A stretch of 64,000 nt of DNA from Azolla caroliniana (Eukaryota; Plantae; Polypodiophyta), in contig JBHGNT010000012.1 of the NCBI GenBank assembly GCA_043228905.1, positions 8,742,001 to 8,806,000 of the forward strand, in the 5' to 3' direction. The notes below the pieces were generated by a model, which ran no database searches, was not told where the DNA came from, and saw only the letters and a list, made by a program, of their open reading frames with translations. Below, in pieces: positions 14,191 to 26,265 of this stretch. The translations under genes were made by a program, and so were the position numbers. How positions within the stretch are numbered: position 1 is the first letter of the stretch; every line of letters begins with the position of its first letter.

Positions 14191-14625
14191 TAGCAATGGG
14201 CACGGTTCAGGTTCGGTTTCTTCAAACCAATCTGTTTATGAACTCTCAAGCCACTTAAACCCAAAACATATAGGGAAAAGTTGAAACCATTTAATAAAAA
14301 ATTTTAAACCTAACCATTTAACTCAAACTAATTAAAACTCTAAATAAACAAAAATACATTAAATTAAATAAGCATTTAAGTTAAATTTATTAAATCAATA
14401 AGAAACCATTAAATTACTAACCTATTAAGGTGAAAAAAAGAAGTTAATCAAAAACCAATCATCCGTTAAACCTAGAAATCAATAAACCCGAGATTTAGAA
14501 CCAAACCGAACAGTTTATTAAAAATCTAAATCAAACTAAACCATTAATTTTTTTGGAAGCAATGAACCGTTAAACCCTGATTTAACGGTTCGGTTCGGTT
14601 TGAGCCAAAACCGCGCCCATTGGCA
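14191..14625. mobile_element. hAT-type MITE
   Basis: TIR TAGCAATGGGC(A)CGGTT / AACCG(C)GCCCATTGGCA; 8-bp TSD GATGCATG (14183-14190) / GATACATG (14626-14633); AACCG/CGGTT subterminal motifs. Confidence 0.8.
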
Positions 14626-15339
14626 GATACATGACTCAATTGAGTCGTTGAGAAAGACAAGCTTTTCTATTATGAGAGAGAGAAAGAGAGATTTTTTTAT
14701 CTGCTTCCAATGTCAAATTTGACCAATGAGACCAAAAATATAACATTTTCATTAATACATGTGAAAGTGAGTAGTGGCTCTTCATGTTCGAGAACTTTAA
14801 AGAGGGGAGATCATACATGCAACCCAGAAGGGGTTTAAAAGCCTTCTCGCATAACATCACATCCTCTTTGGTTCATGTCCCTTGGGGTGCCCCTTGAGTA
14901 GCGCACACACTTGCACACACATTTACGTGATAACAACGCTTGCTTGAATGTGAAGATGATGATAGGGGGTGTGGCGGTGAATTGAAGCATTTTTTCATTG
15001 GATCTTGAGAGAGCCTTCCATTGCAATGGTCTGAATAAGGACAAAGATCATGAGCTTATAGGCTTTGGTGACTCTAAAACATGTATGTGACATAAAATCA
15101 ATGCATCTCTTTGTTTGAACCTTGCATCCATTCCTATATTCCTTCACTTGTGTTGTGGCTAACATTTTCTTTGGAATTTTAGGTAATCTTCATATTCGCC
15201 TTGTATGTGTAATCCCAGTTTCCTATCCCATTTAAAAATGTTTTCACCTTGAATTTCTAGGCATGAAATTTGTTTCATCTAATTGTTTTGTGATGATCAA
15301 GTTACATGTATCTTAGTTCATTTCAACTCCTTTGTGTGG

Positions 15340-15610
15340 TTAAGCCTAACCAAAGCCGAAACTGAATTGTTAACGGTTTGGTTTTGACTTAACCTGTTTG
15401 GGAGTTTCCAAAATTGAATCGAATCGGTTCCTAAACCGGTTTAGCCAAGTTGATTAAGCCTTAACCAATTTGGCCCAAATTGGTTCGGTTCGGCTTGAGC
15501 AATCCCAAATTGAGCCCAAATCGATTAAGGAAGCTCAAGCCTAAACCGAACCGCCAAACCGTTAAAAATGGTTTAATAATTCAATCTAAGCTTGGGATGA
15601 GCCGTTGTCA
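15340..15610. mobile_element. Degenerate AACCG/CGGTT-rich MITE remnant (hAT-like)
   Basis: Dense aaaccg/cggtt motifs like those at 14191-14625; no clean TIR or TSD found. Confidence 0.45.
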
Positions 15611-15643
15611 AATCCTACTTCCATGCTTAGTTTCTTACACGAG

Positions 15644-16486
15644 TGTTAAGTATCTAGCATCCAAGACACTAATTTTGGAGACAAAGGCACCGACAAGGGA
15701 TACCAAGCTCAACAAGACTATAGGAAAAGGGGGATATAATAAACACAAATAGGAAGCATTATAGCCAATGGCCAACCTAGTGTGAAAGAAACCCACCAAC
15801 CTTGTAAAAAGCTATGAAGCCACCCTTTGGTAACTTTTTAGCTCTTCTCTAATCTTGGGTTTTCTCCAAGTTCTATTAGCGTATTATGAGTTTTCACTCT
15901 CGTTCATCTTCTATTAGAGCTAAGATCAACTAGTGTTAAGAGCTATTTAAGCCAAACCCTAACCTCTCTACTTTTGTACGGTGCTAAACCTCTTTGTTAA
16001 TGATAAATGTTGTATATTTATCTATTGTCTTCTTTTGTTTATGCATCTATTTCTATCTACAAGAGATAGTGAGTGTAAGTGTTGAGCACTAAGGTTGGTT
16101 AAGCTAGTAGCGCAAGAGTGATCGACAACTACTCTTGCTGCTTTGCGACCAATAGGCATAATCATATCGACGAGAGGCATAACTCCACGATTCGTAGATG
16201 TGTTTCCGTGCGAGTACACGAAAGCCACATATCTATTTGGCGCCACCACCAAGGAGAAGATCAACACTTGATTGTCCACCTTGTGAGAGCATTCGACTCA
16301 TTAAAATGTCCGCCTCATCAAAGCATTCACCCCCTCAAAACATCGACCTAGTCAAAATGTTTGCGTTCTCAAAACATCCGCCTTGTAAGAGTGTTCGCAT
16401 CCTTTGAATTTTCACCTCGTCAAGGTGTTCACCTCCTCAGAACGTTTGCCTCGACCAAGCTTTTTGACCTTAAGGAATCATTAACA
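15644..16486 (+). mobile_element. Probable LTR (TGTTAA...TTAACA) of an old retroelement
   Basis: Inverted TGTTAA/TTAACA ends, CT-rich U5-like segment and short internal tandem repeats at 16270-16460; no matching TSD or partner LTR in the window. Confidence 0.4.
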
Positions 16487-16962
16487 TGAAAACACATCCA
16501 CACACACATTTTAGCAATTTACAAAAATGGTCAGACCCAACCAACATTGGTTAGAATTTTTTCAAACTTCGCACTAGACCACCTACCAAGACGGCCTGGG
16601 TTAAGACCAATGCCAAAGCCAACACATCAAACCCCACAAAATATTATGGAGGATGGTTCATACCATGAGTACTCCTAAATATAAATACGAGCACTAATCC
16701 CCTGGTCAGCACACCTCCTGAGATCACATCAAAGCAAGGGGGTATTCCAATGGATCGATAGAGTCTTGATTGTCATTACCAAGAGATGGTAGAAGAACTC
16801 AAGGATCTTGAGCAATTTGTGGACATCCCAACTAACAAAAGTGTAGGCATTGAGTGTGTCTTGGTTGGTTGTTGTGTATGAAGTGGGACGACTAATGCGG
16901 AAGCATGTATTGATCTTGTGTATGGAGTTAACAAGCAAGTAATGGATGAAGGTGTGATGCAT

Positions 16963-17735
16963 TGTTCCTACCAAGAAGGTATACACACAGAGAGAAAGAG
17001 AGAGATATAGACAATTACACAATTATGGCTCAAGAAGACTATTGCATGATTAATCCCATGAACTCAATTTACTAGAATAGGATCCTCATCTTTATAGTTA
17101 GGGTAACTAAGCCCTAATTGTGTTCACACTAGGATTACAATAGGTAGAGTGGGGCTTTTAGCCCAACAAACTCCCTCGTAAAAGAATTACTCTAACTATT
17201 ACAAAGAGTTAGGGGTTATCTCCCTTGTAAGCTTAAATTACAGTTTGAATTTAAACTATAATTAGAGTATATACAAGCCGGTCGGCTTGGGTTGGTTGCT
17301 GAGTTCGTCGGCCTTCGGCCCTTTAGCCTTTAACTCTTCTGGTCGACTCGTCCTCATACCCCTTTTTGAATATGCGATCGGCTTTCAGCTTCTTCTACCC
17401 TTCGATCGACTTTCTATCTTTCGGCTCTTTCGAACTCTACCTGCTTGACCTCTTCGACCCTTCCGATTTTCTAACTCTCCTATTGCTTCTTCGGATTCAG
17501 CTGCCTTGTGCTCCTCAACTTGTTGTAGTCCCATTCGTCTCCTTAGTGCTCTGAAGCGATGATCTGGGAGTGGCTTCGTCAGGTTGTCGGTGATGTTCAC
17601 CTCTATATCTACCTTCTGTATTGGACTTCGAGCTTTTTGTCGATGACGAACTCCCGAATGTGGTGATACCTCACCTCAATGGTGAAGGCATGATAAACCA
17701 GATTCCAAATGAGGTGAATTGTTCAATCCATTCTA
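16963..17735 (-). mobile_element. Copia K: 3' remnant (RNase H end, PPT, 3' LTR 16963-17168)
   Basis: Minus-strand frames read VYHAFTIEVRYHHIREFV and NITDNLTKPL..RFRALRRRMGL (Copia RNase H). PPT GAGGGAGTT abuts an LTR TGTTGG...GGAACA. Confidence 0.75.
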
Positions 17736-20409
17736 TGGATTCTCCAAAGCCACTCCAACCAAACTTCCGAAATGACGGTATGAAGAAGGTGCTAGAGGAG
17801 GAGATGGAGGTGCGACGCAATTATGCGACAACTACGGGAATACGGGTAGGTGTTGTCATATATATACGTCAAGTAAAGATAGGTTTCGAACCCATGACTT
17901 TGTCTATGTAGGCAATTAGTCTAGCTGATTGATCAAACATAGAATCATGACGTAAACGCCAATAATACAGGTTCAATAGCTCTTTCTGATGTTCCAAAAA
18001 GTTTTGGAACTTTCTAGAAGCTCCTGCATGAAACTCCCTCTGCTTGCATGCAAAGCTCCTTGAATTGTATAAATACAGTGGTTAACGCTAGTTACGAAAT
18101 CAAATATTCAGCTTCATCTATATTCTACTTCTCACTCATCTCTCCGTATTCTGTCTTCTGCTTCTTACTGATTTCTCAATATCCTGTTGTCTACCCTAGA
18201 TCTGCTATACTTTGCTCTTACCTAGCTTTGTTCTTTTCTACCTTGCTCTACCTGTGTCCTTGACAGTTCTTTCACCTTCCCATTTTCTAAGCCTCAACAT
18301 GTCGGATCTTACCAAGATAATAAATTAGTTCATGGAATCCATGCATCAACTTCAACTTGAGAATGATAACCTTCGGGAATCGTTACAGAAGCTTCAAGCG
18401 GGAACACTGATGGAACTCGAGGAAGAAAAAAACAGCTCTCCTCTTGCATCAACAAATGTTCTACCTGTAGAGCTTGGTTCCTCGTCCACCCTTTCTCCAA
18501 CTCCTCTCCATCCCACTACAAGTATGGAGCCCAATATTAGTTTACATGACAAGTTTGATGGCACGAGGAAGCACTTCTGAGGGTTCATAAATTAGATCAA
18601 GCTTGTTATCCAACTACAACCCCAACGGTATGGGGATGATTTTCGTCAAGCTGGTCTCATTGGGGCCCTTATGTCAGGTGTTGCACAAGCCTGGTTTGTG
18701 TTAAGATTCTATTACTAACCAATAGACCAAAATAAAGTAAAAGAAGGAAAATAGATTGGATAGAAGAATCCGTTCCACCCGATCACCCCTGAGCTATGAT
18801 CTAGACATAGCCAACCTACCGCTGGATATTAGGATGACTATACCTTGGAAGAGATAAACACAATCGTTGTGACGAAAGCCTAGCCCATACCACCGGTGTC
18901 TAAGTGTCAAAGTTAATATGCGGAAGCTTTAACAAACCAGTTTATCCGGATAACAACAGAAAACAGAGACAAGGTTTAATGGAAGCTTGAATCACAGAGA
19001 TAGAGAGCGGGAGAGACAGAGAGAGCAGAACAGTAAAATCAATTCAAAATAATAACACTCTGTACATACAAATGTCCTACAAAACACTTTTTATACAAGT
19101 CCTTAAAAGGACTGACAGAAGTACTGACAAATACTTCAATGTTCATACGAGCGACTAACACTAACTCCAAGGAATTTGCCTATGTACTAGGCTAAGATTG
19201 TAGACCTCTAACGGCCTATTAGTTACAATCCGATCCGTCTCTCTGATACGGCTCTTGGTCCTGGATACCGATCTGGATACCTCGTTGGTTCTCCGTTCCA
19301 GATACCAATCTGGCTTTGGCTTATTCAGCCAATCTGGACCCGGTTGAGCTTGTCCTCTCAACACTCCCCCTCAAGCTCAAGTTGAGGTCGGATCGTAGTG
19401 TTAGTGATTTGTGTCTGCTGGTCCTTTCCTCCAGCTCCACCTTGCGTCTTCCCGCTTGGCTCGCGCTCCACGTTCGGTCCGATTCTGCTTCCCGCAACGC
19501 ATTCAGTTCCGCGCACCTCAACCTTCTCGGTCGGCTTGTTTGCTCATAAGGCCCATCTCCGCTCCTTTGCTATTGCGACTTTGGCACGTCTGGACCCATT
19601 GGTTCCTCTGTGTCGGTGTCGACTTCCGTTGCCTCCTCGTCCGTTTGGCCTTGACTTGATCCGGCTCTTCCGAATCAATCACCTGCTCCGAATCGGGTGC
19701 CTCCGATTCTGTTACGGGCATGACCATATAATATCCCGTGGTGAGAATTAACCATAGCATTCCATACACGTGGATAAGTGTGAGGGTTAAACGAGAGTGT
19801 AAAGAAGGGGATGATTACTTTTAATCCTTGGGATTGAGACAACCCATTAGGCCAAGTGTGAAGTTGCCTAGGGACCTTGGGTATCGCTATAAATAAGAGG
19901 CCTAGCTACCCTCATTTGATCATTTGGTTGACTACGTCGAGACTCTATCTTGTGGTGGGTCAACTCTTGTAGCGAGCGCGCCAGCACCAGGTATGACTCG
20001 ACGCCAAGGCAGTGGTATGGGACGCTGATCGAGGCTCGAGTCTGTCTCGATCCCTTCGCTCAAGGGTGGTTGGGTGGATCGACACCCTTCTTTCTCTCTC
20101 TCCTTTCTATCTAGATCTATATTCTATCCTTATCTAATGCTTACATTAGTTCATGTCTCTAACAGTTGGTATTCGAGCTCATTTTCTAATGTTTCTTTTG
20201 TTGCTTTTGTGTTCTTGATTGATGGCGATCGATCTACGTGCGGTTGGCCTTCATGCAGACAAGGATCAACAAAGGAACTTTGGTAATCTTTCTTGTTTTA
20301 TTTTGTCTATTTTTTCTTCTCCCATCTAATCATGTGTGTGGTTAATATGTATATTATTTTCATTAATTAAAATGATGTTGTAGTGGTACTTCATTGGTTT
20401 CATAAAACG

Positions 20410-20685
20410 TTTACATATGTGTATGAGGTCAATACCTCATTTGACGTATATTGAATATGTGATGAGTGTCGTATGCGCACGAGGTTAATACCTCAATTGC
20501 GTATTACGTTCACAAACATATGTTACGTTTGCGTATGAGGTCAATACCTCGATTCGTTGTAAATGATATGCGTTTGGTCTCATATGCATAAGAGGTCAAT
20601 ACCTCAATTACATATTACGATTAACCCTTATTTTTGGATGTCTCGTGTGCGTAGAGGTATATGCCTCGATTACATATCTCGATTA
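20410..20685 (+). repeat. Array of five palindromic repeats (core GAGGTCAATACCTC) with non-identical spacers in the leader of C
   Basis: Cores start at 20425, 20481, 20537, 20592 and 20654 (period 55-62 bp). The array is conserved in copy H at about 57200-57297 plus 58029-58210. Confidence 0.85.
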
Positions 20686-21384
20686 CGTCATTTTTGGCTA
20701 TTAAATATAACGATTTGTTTAATATAGGCATATGTGGTCACGTGTATATGTAGTTGATCGTATATATGTGATGATATATACATGTGTATATAAGTTATTG
20801 GATGGAAGCACGCTACGGTGTACCAGAAAAGTACTGTTTTTGGCCACAAAAATTGTCAGTACTTTCGATACTCTTAGTACTGAATAATTTAGAAAAAAAA
20901 ATCAGAGAAAAAGAAAATCGATTTTGGAGAGTGGGGTGATTGTAGTACAAGTGTCATTTACTACAAGGAGTGGGGGGAACATGTGAGGAGATGTTCTTTC
21001 CATTTTGGGGGCTATTTTCCCCTCATGTCAATTTTGGCGGTTCCCCTCACGTCGTTTTTGGCGGTTCCCCTCATACTCCTCTTCCTCTATCCCTCTGAGC
21101 TCTTCATCTCAGACATCCATGTCACGTTTCTGCTTTTCCTCCAATCTAAGAGTTTTGTTAGGGGTTAGGGAGCAAATCTCAGACATCCATGTCAAGTTGG
21201 AGCTTTTGAGTTAAGGAATTTTGGTTTTTTTAGGGTTTCTGTTTTTGTTAGGGTTTAGGTTGAGGAACAGAGACTGTTCTGAGGCCTCTTATAACAGCCA
21301 ATAGTGACTTCTTTGACAACGACTTTCTTACTTCCACCGATTGTAGTTTATGTCGTGGTGATTTGGGGCTTTTTCCATCGAGGC

Positions 21385-21850
21385 GAGGATCCTTCCACCG
21401 AATCCAGGCGGCATATCACAAAGATTCAAGGCACCCTCCACCATTGGAGGTTCCTTCCACTAAATCAAGGCGGTATATCACAAAGATTCAAGGCACCCTC
21501 CACCATTGGAGGTTCTTTCCAGCAAATCGAGGTAGCATATCACACAGAATCAACGCTCCCACCACCATTGGAGGTTCCTTGCATCCAATTTTTTATTTTC
21601 AGGACTAAAATTTTTCATTTCTTCATTTTTCAGTACTAAATTTTTAGATTTTACAATTGTCAAATTTGTACGTCGTGCTTCAACCATTGGAGGTTCCTTC
21701 CAGCAAATCGAGGCGGCATATCACACCGAATCAACGCTCCCACCACCATTGGAGGTTCCTTCCATCCATTTTTTTATTTTCAGGACTAAAATTTTTCATT
21801 TCTTCATTTTTCAGTACTAAATTTTTAGATTTTACAATTGTCATATTTGA
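21385..21850. repeat. About 61-bp tandem repeats plus a larger duplication in the transposon 5' region
   Basis: ccaccattggaggttcctt....aaatc.aggcgg.atatcaca recurs about five times; 21500-21660 is duplicated at 21684-21843. Confidence 0.85.
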
Positions 21851-22016
21851 TTCGCAATTCTAATGTTCGAAACGAATTATTTCTCACTTTGCACGCCACA
21901 TTTAAAAACATTTGACTATGTTTTCTTAGTGTAGTCTATATAACATTAACTACTCTCGCCGGACACTTAATTTTTTTGGATAAATCTAGTGACCAAATGG
22001 GGGTCCCTAGAGTGAG

Positions 22017-25000
22017 TTGTCAAGTAACTCATGTATATCTGAAAGGACCAAGAGACGGGTGGTTCTTCACATAGTCCGTTATTTGGTAGAAATAATGAAG
22101 AGATTTAGTGAAGAGGATCGTAGGGATATTATATGTAGAGTGTTACACCATCAACGTTTGAATGAAGACATGGAGAGAATAAATTTTAGGAACCAATGTG
22201 TTTCAGAAGAGATTGTAGAGTCTATGAAGTCATCCCTAGACTTAGTGAAAGGTGTAGAGAGCATAGACAAACTTGCTGCAAAGAGGGCAACGCTACACAT
22301 GGTTGTGAACGGTGCGAGAGAAAAAAAATATAGTGATACTAAAGTTGCCTTAGCCCTGGGTATTCAAAGAAGGAACTTGAGGAAACATCGCTGAAATATA
22401 CACTCAAGCCAATTCAAGTGGCTGGGGTTGGGACGTAGACGATGATGCGATGCCTTATCTCAAGAGATTATTGAGAAAGTGGATTCATTTTGGGCCAAAA
22501 ATACGCGTGTCTCACCAAATAAGAAGGACGTGTGTAGACAACGAATAAGTCAGGGTAAGTACCAGATTCACCCTAGACACTTCTTGGAGATGACAGAGGT
22601 ATTCCATTTTTTTATATCAATTCACATTCCATAAATTTGTGTTTTGACTAAGTGTATATTAATGTTTGCTATATATATTGGTTGATGTAGGCTGAATTGT
22701 ACATGAACTTTAAAGACCAACATCCAAGCTTGACTGTTGGATTCCGCAAGTTCCAAGGTTTGAAACCATTTTATGTTAGAAAATTAAATGAGAGGAATAC
22801 ATGTTGTTGTGTGTACCACGTGAAGATGGACATGTTAAGGCTAGGAGTGAATGCAATGCGTAATGATTCTAAGGGTATACACGGGGAATTATGTGTCTGC
22901 ACTTGTGAGGTTTGTAGACCAAATGGGGAGGATAATAGGTGTAATGCACGAAACATGACTTATGCATCCGTTTCTGAGCTATGGAGGTCTTGTGTTTGTG
23001 AAAAAGAACCATCATGTGAGTGGCATCGTCGTACATGTCTATTAAGAACATGTAAGGTTTGTCCGCTACCATTATTTTGTAGGCAGGAGCTTGATTTGGG
23101 AAACAATCATATCATGAAATGGAAATATTTAGAGTATGTGATTGAAAATATTGGCAAGGGACTTGTAACTAAGCGTATCAAGGAAGTATATAAGGAGACA
23201 TGTGCTGCTACCCTTGTCTCAGAATTTAAGAAACAACTTGGGGAGTTCATTCCACATAACTTCCGGAGGTATTGGCAAAATTCACAGTTCAAGGAATGTA
23301 TTAATAACTTACCAACGGGTGTCATTGTATTCGTTATTGACTTTGCAGAAAATTATACATTTAATGTTCAAAATGAGGTTCAATCAATGCATTGGTACAA
23401 TGATCAATGTACAATACTTGTACATATTTGCTATTGGAGGCAAGACGGTGAGTTACATAAGAAATCAATATTTTACATTTCAGATGATAAAAAGCATGAT
23501 ACACTATTTGTTCAACATTGTTTTAAGCTTCACCATGCAGATTTATTGTCTCTAGGGTTAACCTTTAACCGTCATTGGGTTTGGTTTGATGGTGCTGCCT
23601 CGTAGTTTAAGGCGGCACGATCGTTCTACTTTATCGCTAGGTAATTTTTAATCTATATGTTTAGTACTTATCATGCAATGTATAAGGAAATAATTCTTGT
23701 GTTAGTGCATGCATACTAATTATGTTTGTAACTATTCACACACAGTACTATTCACATGGATGCATACTGATTATGTTTGTAACTATTCGAACACAACACT
23801 ATTCACATGGATGCATGCATACTAATTTTGTTTGTAACTAAGTTAACTATTCTTGATTGATCAAATAGTACTATCCTGTCACGTGAATGTGAAGTTTTCT
23901 CCATAGACAAAGTGTACTATGTTGTGTGTTGTATCTTTACTAAATCAGTATTTACTGAAGAATGTAAAGTACTCGTATTGTACTCTATAGTATTGTCCGT
24001 CCTTAAGAGAATTGTACTAATTATCTTTAATGTATGTGAAGTGTTCTCCATAGACACATTGTACTATGTTGTGTGTTGTATCTATACTAAATCAGTATTT
24101 ACAGAAGGATGTAAAGTACTTGTCTTGTACTCATAGTATTGTCTGTCCTTAAGAGAATTGTACTAATTATCTTTTAATCCATGTGAAGTGTTCTCCATAG
24201 ACACATTGTACTATGTTGTGTGTTGTATATGTACTATGTTGTGTTTACAGAAGGATGTAAAGTACTCATCTTGTACTCATAGTATTGTCCATCCTTAAGA
24301 GAATTTTACTAATTATCTTTTAATCCATGTGAAGTGTTCTCCATAGACACATTGTACTATGTTGTATGTTGTATTTGTACTAAATCAGTATTTACTGAAG
24401 GATGTAAAGTACTCGTCTTGTACTCATAGTATTGTCCGTGCTTAAGAGAATTGTACTAATCATCTTTTAATCCATGTGAAGTGTTCTCCATAGACACATT
24501 GTACTATGTTGTGTGTTGTATCTGTACTAAATCAGTATTTACTCAACTTGTACTCATAGTATTGACCGTCCTTAAGAGAATTGTACTAATTATCTTTTAA
24601 TCCATGTTGAGGGTTTTCCATGGACATTGTATTGTACTATGTGTTGTATCTGTACTAAAGAAGTAATTATCGAAGGATGTAAAGTACATGTCTACTACTC
24701 ATAATACTGTCCTAGATTGAAGAGTTTGTACTAATTATCTATTAATCAATGTTGAGTGTTCTCCATGAACACACTGTATTGTACTTGGTGTTGTATCTAT
24801 ACTAAATCAGTAATTATCGGAAGATGTAAAGTACATGTCTTGTACTCATAGTACTGTCTTATATTGAAGAGTTCGTACTACTTATCTATTAATCCATGCT
24901 GAGTGTAAAGTGGGATGTAAAGTACATTTGTTGTAGTACATGTGTTTATTGGGGGATGTAAAGTACATGTGTTGTAGTACTAATTATCTTCTAAGGAGGG

Positions 25001-25462
25001 TTGTGTTCTCCGTGGACACATTAAACTGTATTGTGTATTGTATCTGTACTAAATCAGTATTAATGAATGTAAAGTACTCGTCGTCAACAACATAATACTA
25101 TCTGATATTGAAGAGTTTGTATTATTTATCTGTTAATTCATGTAGAGTGCTTTCCATGAATTCATTGTACTATGCTTTGTGTTGTATCCATACTAAATTA
25201 GTATTAATGGATGCCAAGTTCACATGGTTGACAACATAGTACTATTTATCTTTTAATAAGTGTAGAGTGTTCTCAATGGATACGTTGTGCTATGCTTTGT
25301 TTTGTATTTGTACTAAATTAGTATTAATGGATGTGTAGTACTCTCGATTGACAACATAGTACTAATTTTGTTGGAAACCTGAGATACAAAAGCAAGTATT
25401 TCTCCTTATTCAACATTCGTATGCAATGGAACTACTTTGGGTTTGGACATGGAAAAGGAGAG
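22017..25462 (+). pseudogene. DDD-type transposase pseudogene (Sola2-like), exons about 22017-22598, 22691-23640 and 25396-25462
   Basis: Motifs TCCCVYH, DFAENY, QNEVQSMHW, SDDKKHD, WFDGAAS(*/Q)FK and WNYFGFGHGKGE; GT-AG intron 22599-22690; premature stops consistent with C-to-T changes (22392, 23603). The superfamily call rests on recalled motifs. Confidence 0.75.
23880..25370. repeat. Satellite-like tandem array, about 147-bp unit x about 10, within a transposase intron
   Basis: tgtgaagtgttctccatagacacattgtactatg...gtaaagtact...ttaagagaattgtactaatt recurs near 23888, 24035, 24182, 24328, 24475, 24605 and 24751, then diverges progressively to about 25370. Confidence 0.92.
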
Positions 25463-25730
25463 GCATTCGTAATGAGTAACCATGTGATGGGCCACGTGGG
25501 CCTACTACGAAAAGAGGGCTCATTTGGCTTGACCATTAGGTTGCACTTTGGCGTATGCCATTGTAATTACGAGACTTGAGATTAGGTAACGTACCAACAT
25601 AGTTGTAGTAAATGAGGGTGAAATAAGGACACTTGACATATATGTTTCTTTTAAAAAAACATATATGGGCAAATGCCTCACATATCTCTTATACGCATAA
25701 AACATTAAACATTCAAGAACAACAACTTAC

Positions 25731-25790
25731 TTGGTTGGCTCAAGTGTTTAATGCATTTGTTCTCGAGGTCTCGAGTTCAAATATGACCAA
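25731..25790 (+). promoter_or_regulatory. tRNA-like A/B box cassette in the leader of C (also near 58855-58912 in H)
   Basis: TGGCTCAAGTGTT ... GAGTTCAAAT, flanked by TGGTT/GACCA. Confidence 0.5.
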
Positions 25791-26265
25791 GACCATACAA
25801 CATCGTTGATACATATGACTATAACACATGTTTAGACCCAACGATACATATGACTATAACACATGTTTAGACTTAAGGTCTAAGTGCACTTCGGGGTCCT
25901 TGTAATAGGACTTAAAGAGCTGAAACCACATATGTGGGCACCGAAACATAGTTTATTGTTAACATTTTTTTTCGTGTATAAACTATTCATGATGCGAACA
26001 TACATGGTTGAGCCTTAGGGAGCCGCCATGAAAAAATCAATATAGAGATCAGGGAAAGACATTAAATTGTCACCCCCATGGTTGTTAAAACACCTTTGTG
26101 TTACCATAGTAACCTGATCTTGAACCTCATCTCATACGTCTAGAGGGGTATTGATGTGAGATAATGATATCGATTAATGTTCGCCCATGATATGTTTACA
26201 TCACGACATGATGTTATGCTATCTCTCTGACCTTACCCTATTTCTTTTCCAGAAATAATCATTTA

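Larger units (their letters stand above)
20800..25462 (+). mobile_element. 3'-truncated DNA transposon (Sola2-like) inserted in the leader of C
   Basis: Absent from sister copy H, which has about 255 bp of different sequence (58328-58582) between the same flanks. Contains an intron-split transposase pseudogene. Confidence 0.75.

Noticed and set aside
13367-14258. ORFs with poly-RE, poly-R, poly-L and poly-K tracts
   Set aside because: Translations of microsatellites and the minisatellite.
15010-15080. Possible Copia RT/RNase H fragment (HELIGFGDS)
   Set aside because: Too short and decayed to support.
20410-20685. Bona fide CRISPR array
   Set aside because: Eukaryotic retrotransposon context, no cas genes, degenerate repeats, and the same spacers in a second TE copy; kept only as a hairpin array.
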